Shown here piece after piece: positions 53,100 to 64,000 of a stretch of 64,000 bases of DNA (position 1 is the first letter of the stretch; each line of letters begins with the position of its first letter). Origin of the DNA: Narcine bancroftii (taxonomy: Eukaryota); assembly GCF_036971445.1 (NCBI RefSeq), contig NC_091473.1, forward strand, positions 205,654,001 to 205,718,000, in the 5' to 3' direction. A model generated the notes under the pieces. That model worked only from the letters and a program-made list of their open reading frames with translations. It was not told the origin of the DNA and searched no databases. Both the position numbers and the translations under genes were made by a program.

Positions 53100-55799
53100 A
53101 ACTTTAAAAAAAAACTTTTTTTATTGGTTCAAAATACAGATAGTAAATATCATATACAACAATAAACCAAAAACATTAACGTTATATTTTAAAGAAAACA
53201 AACGAAAAAAGGAAGGAAAAAAGAACCCCCTTCCCCCTCTTCTGCCAGCTCTCCTAAGGAGAGTCATAAGGAAAGAAAAAAATTATTAAGGAAAAATTAA
53301 ACATACATATTCAAATCTAATCAATATAAATCGAAATGTAAATATTCTATATATAACAACCACTTACTAATAAAAAAGCTATAGTTACCACGCGAAACAT
53401 ATATCATTTTTTCTATTATTAAACAGCATGTCATCTCACAATTCCATCTATTAATATCAATCATATTTGTATCTTTCCACATACTAACATTACATTATAT
53501 CTATACAAATAATGCTAAATATGCAAAATAAAGTTGAAATTTATCTAAACCCAAACCTTTCAGAAGTTGAAAACTCTCCAATAAAGATACTATCGGATCT
53601 AAAGGTATTTTAATCTTATACAAATTTGGATTTATCCCAACCCTTTTTATCCATACCATCCAAAAATAGTTAATACATGAACAAAATATAACCCTTCTTT
53701 GGTACCTTCATAAAAAATGTCTCGAATTTAATAATTTCAGATAAAATCATTTCGCTACCAAACGCACATTTTTACCAAAGATCAAATTTAAAAATTTAGA
53801 AACAAATAATTCTTCTCAATACCATAGGTCTCCCTCATCATTATGCGTAATCGAACCGTTTAAACCTCGAACATTAAAAGTAGCAAACCTCAACTTTAAC
53901 ATATCTACTAATATTACTAAAGACCAATAATATCTTTATATAAAAACTCAAATCATCTTATATAGGGCCTCCAATAGGAGAAAATAAATCACAAAGTAAA
54001 AGCTAGATAAAATAAAAATTAAAAAAAATCACCAAACCCCACCCCCCAAAGAAAACTACCGAAAGTTAGTAATCCCTAAACAAAATTTGGGTGTGGATCA
54101 CCCACCAGTGCCTGATGACTAATAGAACCTAGAATAAATCTCTTCAACCCCAGCCGAACAAAAAAAATCTCAAAATATCATAATAACATAAAAAATAAAA
54201 TAGGAATAAGAAGATTCTGCTATTCATTCAAGAGGTTCCAAACTTGAAGATCACATTTCAAAAGAAGTTGAACTCTTTCCATTCTGGTTTTTCCCATTTC
54301 TACCATTTCTTCCATTTCCAGAACAACCAGATTTTTCTTTCAGAGACAGTGGTGTGCTACATCTTTGTCCGCTTATATCAGGCAATTAATCAGCAAAAAT
54401 CATTGCTTCATGATCATCCTCAATAAACTGAGATTGATAGCCTCCATGAAACACCTTCAAAACTGCCAGAAAGCGAAAAGTAGACTTAAAACCTTTACGC
54501 CACAAAACATCTTTAACTGGATTAATTCGACGTCGATGTTGAATGACCTCTTGACTCAAATCAGGGTAGAAAATAAACTCTGCTATTCTGAATCAATAAC
54601 GGAGTTTGTCATTTTCTCACATTTTGTACCGCCAGTCGAAGTATTGCTTCTCTATCCAAATAATTCAAACATCTCGGTGCCTGGCCAGGTAAAGGTGATC
54701 TCCTTAAAGTTCTATGAGCTATTTCCAATACCAAGCCTTAAGAAAAAAAAATCTTGCCCTAATACTTGTGGGATGTAATCTGTAAAAAAAACGAAGAGGA
54801 TCTTGTTGTTCCATACCTTCTGGCAAACCAACAATTTTCACATTATTCCTTCTGCTTTGATTCTCCAAATAATCTATTTTTCTCTCTAACTCCTTCTCAC
54901 GTTCTTGCAATTCTATAACGGATATATCAACCTTCAAAACTTTTTCTGTATTAGAAGCCACTTGTTGTTGACATTCCAAAAAAAAAGACTGAATTTAAAT
55001 AAAATCTTCACAAGCTGCCTCTACACGTGTTTTAACTATATTCAATTCTGAACTTATCCTTTGAGCCAACTCATTCATTATAGGCTAAATGACAGCATTT
55101 AACTGGTTACATTTCAATTCAGCAAAGCTCAGCCCTGCTTTCTCTAACGTAGTGGCACAACCAGGTAACTGCAGCTCCTGCTGCAACTCAACAACAGGCA
55201 GTTTATCAGTCTTACTGCGGGTCTGGACACCCAGCGACGGCACCCGACTTCCTCAGAGGGTCGACGCTGGTCTCTTTCCGCAGCTCGGCGTTTTTTCAAA
55301 CAATCACGGAAAAGGTCGAATTCTTCAGGTTGGAGTACTTCCTGAAGCGTTTCAAGCAATGGAGTCGTCTTCCTGCGTTCTCCCTCCGTTAAAATCGGCA
55401 GGCTGCCAGAATCGGAATCAACTATATGGGAACACGCACCTTCTTCCAGAGAACGGGTAATTCCAGCGCTGTCCTTCACGTGGTGAGTAGCAGACATTTT
55501 TGTTCAGCTCCCACAGGCAAGCTTTGTAGTTTAGGCACTGAAGAAATTAAACCTGAGGCTTTATCAAGTTGAGTAGGCCCCAGATCTTCAGTACTTCGAA
55601 AATGTAACTTCTTCTGCGCTTGAGGATTAATCATTTTACCATTAATGGCCATAATAATTCCTTAGTATTTTGAACTAAAATTTAAGAAGTTTAAAGTTGA
55701 AAACAAAGGGTTAGAAAACGGGTGCTTAGGAGTCCGGCCAGAGAGGTTGAGATTACACGTCGAGACTCTAGCCATCTTGCCACGTGCCCCCCCCCCCCT
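53100..55799 (-). mobile_element. L1-like LINE with both termini but most of ORF2 deleted
   Basis: 5' G-run + CACGTGGCAAGATGGC; ORF1 IDYLENQSRRNNVKIVGLPEG; ORF2 start MLKLRFATFNVRGLN at about 53902 joined within about 200 bp to 3'-terminal sequence; TSD-like tttgtt(a/c)cac. Confidence 0.85.
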
Positions 55800-57864
55800 C
55801 CGTTTGTTCCACTTCATTTGGCTAAAGGATCGATGGATGTTTAAACTGTACAGATCCATTTAGATTCGCCGTCAGAATCAGCGGTCTCTCGTCTTAATGT
55901 TGACCCCGTGGCCGCTCACATCAACGATCTCGCTAAATTCTTTGACTTCAAATAGGAATGCTATCAGATGTTTGCTGATATATTGTCCATCCAATCCGCT
56001 GTTTGTCAGATGTTGGTGCAGCAGAGTAGTAGGGTGATGGATTGACATTGGTGTGGCTGCGTTTGGTTTGTCGGATGTTATTTATACTCACCCATGAAAT
56101 ACTATGTGGTGCAGATTTGGGATTACTCCTCCTTTCCTATTGCTATCTGCAAGCATGAATTGTAGAATTGAAGTCATTATAAATATTAACGTTGAAGATG
56201 AAAATCTCTACCATACTGCTTTTGTGGAATGGGGCTGCCAGGACTGAATGGACTTTGAAGTAAACAGAAAAGAAGTCTTTAGATGGAGTACAGTGGGTAG
56301 CATCATCGGCGGGTGCAATGAGATAAAGGATTCTGGGTGTGCATACATTCTGTGGCGGGCAGTAAGGTCAAAGATACAAGATATTAAGGTACTGATTCAC
56401 GTTAGTATGGTAATGGAGGGGGTTAAAGGCCTTGATCAGGCTGAAAAGCATTTGGCTGCTGGCAATATTTTTTTTGTGCATTGGATGTTATGCGATAGGA
56501 CTGTATCGAAAGCCAAGTAGATGCGTATGAAATGCATAATTATAGTCGTCAGTACAGTGGCATCCTATATCGTTGAAGGCATGAGTTTAAGTTAGATGCT
56601 GCCATGCATTAAGAATATGAAATGCTGTTCGTGGAGGAAGGGCTACTAGTAATTTGCTTTATAAATGATTAACGAAGAAGAGTCTAATAAAATTATATTG
56701 CTGCATAAACGATTTCAGTACATGAAATAAAAACGTGTTTCATTACAGAGTCTCTTGACTTCGAAATCTTGGTCAATGAAGTAAACAACGCAAGTTTAGG
56801 AGAAATTAGATATTTCCTGGACACTGGGTAGTCATGTCAAGGGTACCTGCGAGTAGAATGTTTACTGCATACTCAGACCGATCGGCAAACTCTGTGTTGT
56901 TTATTTCATATCTTCACATGTGAATTCAATGTCAACCCAAGTTTCATCTCAAACCGATTACACACTCCTTAATGCCAAGACTTCAAGTCTTATGGGCTCA
57001 TGCTGAATAAGGCGATGATCACTGATTCGGTTATCCATTTCATTGAGAGAACATGGAAACGTTATCAGGATATGATGCGTCTTTACAAAACAAAATAATA
57101 AAAAAGGAGTTCCAATGAGGAACAAATAAACTGCAGCCCCTGGTATTTTTATAGTGCACAAAGAGAAATCGGGGTGACCCAGGGAGTCAGGCAGAATGCA
57201 TGGACAGAAATGGTCAACAATCACATCAGATCATAGCTCTTTGCACTGAATCAATTACTGGTTCCGATCAATAATTTTTACTGCCCATTGTAATGTACTG
57301 ATGTTGACTAAACCGCTGAGTTCCTTCAGCTGTGTTCCCAGGACCGCCCAATAGAGTGCGATCTTGTTCTCCGAGATGCAAGATAGCGGCAAGGAGGATT
57401 TTCATCTTCTCCGCTATTCCACATATAATAGTTGATAACGGGCGTAATTTTAATGCTCGACACCAATTATTAAACACGAATATTACGCCCGAGTCCACCA
57501 CTTTGTGGACGTAGTTCTTGATCATAATTGCCAGATAAATAACCGAAGGACAGTCGTCCAAGTATTTACAACTCTTCGGGCTGTCTCCTGATCGAATTGT
57601 TGTGTATGTTTCTCATCCACCACTTGGTTTCAGGCTTAACAACAAGATGTCATATCGACTTAATCTTTCACACAAGTGAGTATTGGAACGTTTCCCCACT
57701 CTTTCACATTCTGCTTTGTTCCCGGTTTGGAACAAATTATGTACTTCCCATCAGACCCAACTGGAACTCCATGAAATGGCAGAAAAAAAATCTTTAAGAT
57801 GGTTGGTGAAATGGAGGAACAAATGAGGAGCAGGTGGGGGCGGGGAGGCTGAGAAGATCTTTGT

Positions 57865-57905
57865 GCTGAGCGGATGTCACACTGTCAATCACGAGAGAGA
57901 CCAGA
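57865..57905 (+). promoter_or_regulatory. Putative family-C V promoter element (GGATGTCACA, similar to the reverse TCR V decamer/CRE)
   Basis: 8 of 10 match to TGATGTCACT, about 120 bp upstream of the ATG; block conserved in the paralog at 11330-11370. Confidence 0.4.
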
Positions 57906-57996
57906 TTTCAGAGCACGTTTTTTCGTGCATTCAATTTGAAAAAAAATTCTGAGTCAGTGCGATTCAGGTCAAGTTCTCCCGAGGCACACCGTCGCG

Positions 57997-58048
57997 ATGT
58001 TATCTCTGTCTACTTATTTGCTTCTTACTGCAGTTGCTCTTTACGCCG
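57997..58048 (+). CDS. TRAV: Leader exon of the functional family-C V: MLSLSTYLLLTAVALYA-G
   Basis: Hydrophobic signal peptide, phase-1 donor G|GTAAGT, in phase with the acceptor at 58531-58532. Confidence 0.9.
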
Positions 58049-58532
58049 GTAAGTTTACGGCATTTCCGAAATCCTGCTTTATTCCGCTGCTGCAATGGAT
58101 ATTTAATTAGTGAATTTCATGCATAAACCGAAAGATTGGAAATAAGGAGAAAAACTCAGAATCGACAATTCAGTTCTTTGTTGAGCAATGTCCGAGACGT
58201 AAAGAGAATATTCATGTCAATTTAAGCAGACCTTCTGCTCTCCTTTGGGAATGGTCACACTGGTACCACACGCCTGTCAGACTGGCGATTATACTCCTGT
58301 TCATAAGACTTAAGGTGAACGTGAAGATGATGAAGGAAAGGATGGATATTATGGAAAGGCAATTTCGTTAATTTCCTCCATGTCGCTACCTTCTCTTGAA
58401 GCGTAATTTCATTTCTATTTATTCTTTTTAATCTCAGACGAGTATCGCGGATGGTAGCAGTTCTGGAAAATGAGCGCGGTTAGATGATATTGGTAGTATT
58501 GTAAGATTCATGTTCTCCTCGGGATATTTCAG

Positions 58533-58839
58533 GACATTGTCGAGGCGACGCCGTGTCTCAGACACCGAGTACGATCACAGTGACTGAAGGAATGGACGCG
58601 AATTTGAACTGCAACTATACAGTAACAAGCACAAGCACCCCTGGATTAATATGGTACCGCATGTATCCAGGAAGATCACTCGACTTTTTGTTGATTAGAA
58701 GGCAATATGACAGTGGGGGGAAAAAAAATCCCGGTGAACGTTTCTCAGCGGAGCTCGATCATTCGAAGGGAATGGTTCCTCTGAAAATTACTGCAACGCA
58801 GCTGGGAGACGCCGCAATGTATTATTGTGCTCTGAGCCC
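58533..58839 (+). CDS. TRAV: TCR alpha/delta variable exon (family C), apparently functional
   Basis: HCRGDAVSQTPSTITVTEGMDANLNCNY..LIWYRMYPG..RFSAELD..VPLKITATQLGDAAMYYCALSP; all V hallmarks intact. Confidence 0.93.
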
Positions 58840-58878
58840 CACAGAGGTACGGAACTGGGCTGAGACTGTACAACAACT
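58840..58878 (+). promoter_or_regulatory. 23-bp-spacer RSS
   Basis: CACAGAG + 23 nt + ACAACAACT. Confidence 0.9.
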
Positions 58879-61800
58879 AACAGATCATCTCGCCGCGTAT
58901 CAACGTGTGAAAACGAAGCTTTGAAAAATTATTTGCTGCTCCGTCCTTGCGCCATAACTCAAATGTGAGGCTTGCGGTGATTATTTAATTTTGTGCGACT
59001 GATAAAATTAGCTTAATCAAATAACAGATACAATTTACTGTCATGTAATAAAACAGAATTTGAATGTTAAACTGCTTTAAGGTTGAGAATGGTTTTCCCT
59101 TAGCATTACCATTGCTCGGAACCCGTGTGAGTGAGAGAAAGTCCCTCCAGACCTACGAGTGGCTGTGCACACCTGCAGCCTCTGAGACTGCACAATATTC
59201 TAGTTCAGTATAAACGATCGACAAAAGGCGCCCAAATCCAAACATCGAGCCCAATGAGGAAGCCTAAAGCCCCAAGGATCCTTCGAGAGTCCTCATTGTC
59301 GTTAGTATCACCTTAAATCCTTATTCCGAAAACCGCTTCTCAGCAGCATCCTGCAGCTGGTGTGAGTCTTTTTTCCTAGAGTCGGTTGCAGCCTGTGTGC
59401 TTTCAACGCCTTTCAATCGCTAAGAGACCGCCACATGCTTGTGTTGTAGAGGCCATCGCTGGCCGTCACGATGGTAATTTTCCTTCTGTCGTATCCTCTG
59501 AATCTCCGCCTCAACGGGTATGTTCATCCCGTTACTGATATCCTGCACCAGCCATTCCTCTCGCTGAGTCTGATATCCCACCATCACCGGACACATTGGT
59601 TCCATACTCCGCGGTCGCAGATACCAAATTAAACCACTGTCGATTCTTTTGTCAGGCCACTATAAGCCTGGATCGAGCTGTCGCTCCAGAATTGAGTGCT
59701 AGAAAACTACAGATCAGCAGGTGCGGCAGCGCGGCCATTACAGCAGTGCCGCCATTACTTCTAATTCTGTCCCTACAGTCCCTTGGCCAGATTAGTTCTA
59801 TGGCTTTGAAAAAATAGACACAACTCTCTCTTTGCCTCGCTCCTTTACTCATCCGAGGTTATTCTCTGGTTCCGAACCCTTGACAGTGGGATGAATTTCT
59901 CTCTTTAAATTAAAGCTATTACCGTTTTAGTGTAACCCGACTTAACACTTTGAACATCCATTCTATCCTGTTTCACCTGTTTACGCACCTTGTTAGCCTT
60001 TGAAATTTGCATACAGATTTCACTTTTATGTACTTAAAATGCCTATCATGTGTTAACCTCTCTGTGATAAAGCATCACCGGTGAAATTTACTGCAACTGA
60101 AATCTAACTTTGCAGAGCAATAGACCCCAAACACAGGTGACGAGTGTTTGGCTGCAATGGTACCACAAGGACGTGAATATGAATCATCACCACATCCTGA
60201 TTCGATGCATAGAGGAAATGGAGAGGAAACATTTCAGGGGCAGTTTAAGACATGTTAGACATAGATAGTGCACAATATTTGCCATTTAAGTAGATGTTGG
60301 CAAATCATTCTCATTCTCCATGCTATGAGACTTTGGGTGTTCATTTTATTTGTTATGAAAATGCAGTACCCCTTTGATAGAAGGAGAGGTATTTATCTAA
60401 ATTAACAAAATTCGGAAACCTCTTGGTCTTGTTCAAGCTTTGCCACCTCTTGCTGCCTCTATATTTGATTATGTATAGACCTACCAATGCTTCGGAGAAG
60501 GTGCCAATATTTGTAAATACCCATTTCAAACCGGTCATAGTCGGGACGCGCCCGCCCCACCACCGTCGACAAAATATATATGAGATTTAAAATAGGAATA
60601 CTCCACTCAGCCTCGCTGGTGAGCTCCTGGAATGGGTGTCGCATCAGGTCAGCGAAAATTCCTTTCTCTGTTTTGACTCGGTTATCCCCATAGCTTGCAT
60701 TTTTATTTGTACTATTACACACTGCTCATATTAAACAAAAATGTGACACTTACACTGCGGTTATGCTTTATTATTGCATTACCTGGTGCAAATTATGTGC
60801 GTTGGCTTGTCTGGAGAGGAGTCAAAACAAAACCATTCACTCGATATCAGCTGAAATGACACTGAACAATTAAATGTCGCTTTCCGTGTCCATTTCGGTT
60901 ACATAAGGATAATGTAAATAAAGATGTACCTAATATTATGCTTGAACACTATTTTAAAATGTGGCATTCCGATTTGAAATGAGGATGTCCGAATGTTATA
61001 AGGATCAGTTTCACTGCAATAGATGCTTCAAAATCTTGCATCTATCGAAGCTTCTCTTTGGATCAACATATTAAACTGAAGCGAAAGTATACGTGTGGTA
61101 CATAAGCTGAGAAAAAGTATTTCCTTTAATTTAGCTTTCTGTTTCACACTCATATATGTGCGCCTTAAATCAGAACAGTGTGGAAATAGTCCAAACCCCC
61201 CAGCATGCCCTCTCCGATAAAAATGCCCCACTTACAGTAATCCCACCTGCCTCTTTCGCTGACATCCTTTGAATCCTCGCAATTTAGCAGTCTAGTTGTC
61301 TTAAGTATTGCAAAAATATGTATCTGCAATACCCCTTTCGGGCGCCTGATCCCCACACCCACCAGATATTCGTACCCCCTCATTTCGTGTTAAATCTATC
61401 GTGCCTCATTTGTAGTTCCAGAATCTCCTTCTCTGGGTAGAAGACTACGTTAATCCGATATACCCCTCAGCCGATCATGTCTAGCACTATAATATCACCC
61501 CTAACTGTCCTGATGTCTCATGAAAAATGTCATAACCTCTCCACCCTCTCCATCCAGACCAGGCATCAGAGTCCTGCCAACATCCTGATAAATATTCTCT
61601 TCATCATCTCCAAATTTACAACCTCGTTTTTATTGCACAGTAACAAAATCAGAGCGCAATAATATAATATGGTGGAAGAAACGACTCATACAACTACAAA
61701 TTATTTTCAAATATCTGTATCCATCACTATAGCTGAAACAAATTAATCGGCGGAGATCCTCGTGAAGAAAATATCGACCAGTTTAGAGATACTCTGTATC

Positions 61801-62332
61801 AGTAGTATTCTGTTGTACAATACATCTCAGTTTCATACCAACGACTGCGTAGGTCCCGAGCATGTTCGAACTGAAAGACCTCACGTTTCTGAATAAAAAT
61901 CCAAAACGATTCAACAGCCCAAACAACGCAATCTTTCAACATTTCGCTGAAATCTTAAGCAAACTTCTTCACCATCTTAAATGCCAGATACTCCAGTGTT
62001 ATCCGGAAATTCGATTACCCTGCCACATACATTTTCCTTTACGTCATTGGTTTTATTGGCAAATAGCAATGGTCCAAACACCGAAGCCAATGGACGAAAG
62101 AGAGCGAGTGTGCTGAATAATAATGAGCGGACAGTGACTGAGAAGACGAATACTAGAAACGTATATCTAGCAATTTCCTCAGTATGTAAGCTCCAGAAAA
62201 TCAGGAGTATGAGAACCGCGTCATTCTCCAGTCAAGTAAAGTACCTGCGCCTGACTGGTGTGGCGTCAATTCAGCGGGATAAACAGCAGGAACCATCTCC
62301 CTTCTTCCAAGTTTAATTTGGAAGCAGCAACC

Positions 62333-62776
62333 ACGTACCCTCTGTGGTTCATGCTAATTTTGTTATCTGTTATTTCCCTGTGAGTCATTGATTTAATGAA
62401 TCCTTTCCCGTCAGTGGCTAAGGTTCACCTTTAAGCGTATCATACATTGCGTGCTTTGTTGCCGGGGCCTTTGGTGACGATTCTACCTCCCAGAATCTAT
62501 CTGAGGTATGGTGGAAGAGGAACAAACTGTAACGCGGACCTGTAATTACCCGGAAACATTCGTTGTTAATATTGCCTTCTGGTACATCTTGAACATGCGC
62601 CAGGAAATGTAGGAAAATATTATGCATTGGGTTCAAAGACCATTCTTCGGATTTCTGTTGTTGATCGGAAAACAAGTCGGACGGTTCCTTTAATTACCTC
62701 CGGCGTCCTTGTCTTCGATTTAGCCGTGTCTTTCACACACATTGCAATAGAAAACCAGTAAATCGGAACAATAACC
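62333..62776 (+). pseudogene. Family-B V pseudogene with a near-consensus RSS
   Basis: Leader start ACG, acceptor CCG, several frameshifts; ends DLAVSF-aca, then CACATTG (62738-62744) + 23 nt + ACAATAACC. Confidence 0.88.
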
Positions 62777-64000
62777 CTCCTTAGTAGTTACAGCGAGCTT
62801 TAAACAGATGGCGGCCTTACCTCCGTAAACAAAGCAGATGTGAATGCTGACACATATGATCCCGTAGCACAAACAGAAACGAAATAAGTCCCGGACACAA
62901 TTTAAAGGGTCAGGTATCTTCTGCGGAGGTGCATGTTTTGTCGTTTTGGGCCAAGAACCGGCATAATCTCTCAGAATATAGAGGGGAGAGTTTCAATGTA
63001 AAGAGGAGAAAGAATGGCGTGGGACAAGGTATTGCATGTTCTTGGATCTATCAGGTGAGAGTTATATGCGGATGGCACTTCTCTTCGAATGTCTTCCACA
63101 CCTCTTTTCAGCAACGATGTGCACAATGTATCTGAGCACTCCATAGCATCGACTGACTCTTCCTCAGTAACTACTTCACCTACCTCAAATCAAGTGAAAT
63201 TTTATGCGGTTGCCAGTCAGTTCATTTCTTTTGAATATCCATTGAGCTGAATATTGCAACAAGTGGCTTACCAGTGGGATCCAGTCGAATTATGTGGATA
63301 ATTATTGACGTCGGACATTGAATCCACTAACCCAGTCTAAATGCGTCCTATATTTATTAAGATATCGCTTTGAAATCGTGTTGCCAGTAATTGTGAAGAA
63401 ATCTAAAATCACAGAAATACTTCCTCGTTTTTTAACCAGGAAGCAGTTGTGTTCTCTGCTGCTTGCCCATGGGAGGGGGAAGGGTGCGTCTTTACAAATT
63501 TGGGCACTGTACAACTTTGAGGATTATAGCACGAATCAACTCTTTGTATGAGAACTTCGAAAAAAAAACTGTTATCATTACCTTAACAACAGGCCTGAAA
63601 CGTTGTTTTTTCCCAGCATCGTGGGAAGGTAAGGGCATGAGGTTCGTTCGAGACGGCAAAGGATTCATAAAATCCAAAGGGGCCCACATCAACGACTCAA
63701 TGAACAGAAACAACTTACAAACCTTGTACTCCACACTTTGAGTGATGCTAGTCAATCTGAGTTGAGTCCTGTGTCGATCATATCTAGCGGTTTAGAGATA
63801 TCAGTACCCGATCATTTCTGTTCTTAAATGATTTTCAGATTCATTCCATTCACTCCGTGGGTCATGGCCACATAAGGACTCTAAATGCAGCACCTTGCAT
63901 ATCTGAATTAAATTACAACAGCCATTCAACTGCCTTACAGTTCCAGATTCTGCTGCAATCGTTGGATAATGTCTCCACAAACTAAAATACCAGACACTTT

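Larger units (their letters stand above)
55800..61180 (+). repeat. Segmental duplication copy 2 of the family-C V block
   Basis: Colinear with about 9530-14220. Confidence 0.85.

Noticed and set aside
1-64000. NAR-TCR V-D-J cassettes, leaderless supporting V-delta, or IgH-like (TAILV) segments
   Set aside because: No 12-RSS D or J segments, no FGxG J motif with RSS, no VH-type WVRQ/YYCAR and no octamer promoter were found by eye; V5213 does have a usable leader at 4716
1-64000. Prokaryotic systems (CRISPR arrays, operons) and rRNA/tRNA genes
   Set aside because: The sequence is intron-containing vertebrate DNA; no repeat-spacer array or structured RNA gene was recognised

Overview
Eukaryotic genomic DNA, most likely from a cartilaginous fish (probably a ray or skate; inferred from V-gene style and the L1, CR1, Rex-Babar, RTE and Gypsy repeats). 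The window is part of a T-cell receptor alpha/delta variable-segment (TRAV/TRDV-like) array. I find about 18 V segments or relics, all on the + strand, with leader exon, phase-1 intron, V exon and 23-bp-spacer RSS where preserved. Only two look fully functional: leader 4716-4761 + V 5213-5513 + RSS 5514-5552, and leader 57997-58048 + V 58533-58839 + RSS 58840-58878. A third (39528-39972) is an open, spliceable ORF with a displaced second Cys and a damaged RSS. The rest are pseudogenes produced by tandem or segmental duplication and disrupted by retroelements. No D, J or C segments, NAR-TCR V or IgH-type V were recognised. The most interesting signals are (1) three pseudogenes whose deletions fall on the RAG cut site, which may be germline RAG open-and-shut scars; (2) a V family carrying three tandem leader exons, where an upstream leader appears to replace a dead proximal one; and (3) a possible non-rearranging, V-only secreted ORF. 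Family labels A-D are my own. All alignments were done by eye; repeat and pseudogene boundaries are approximate.
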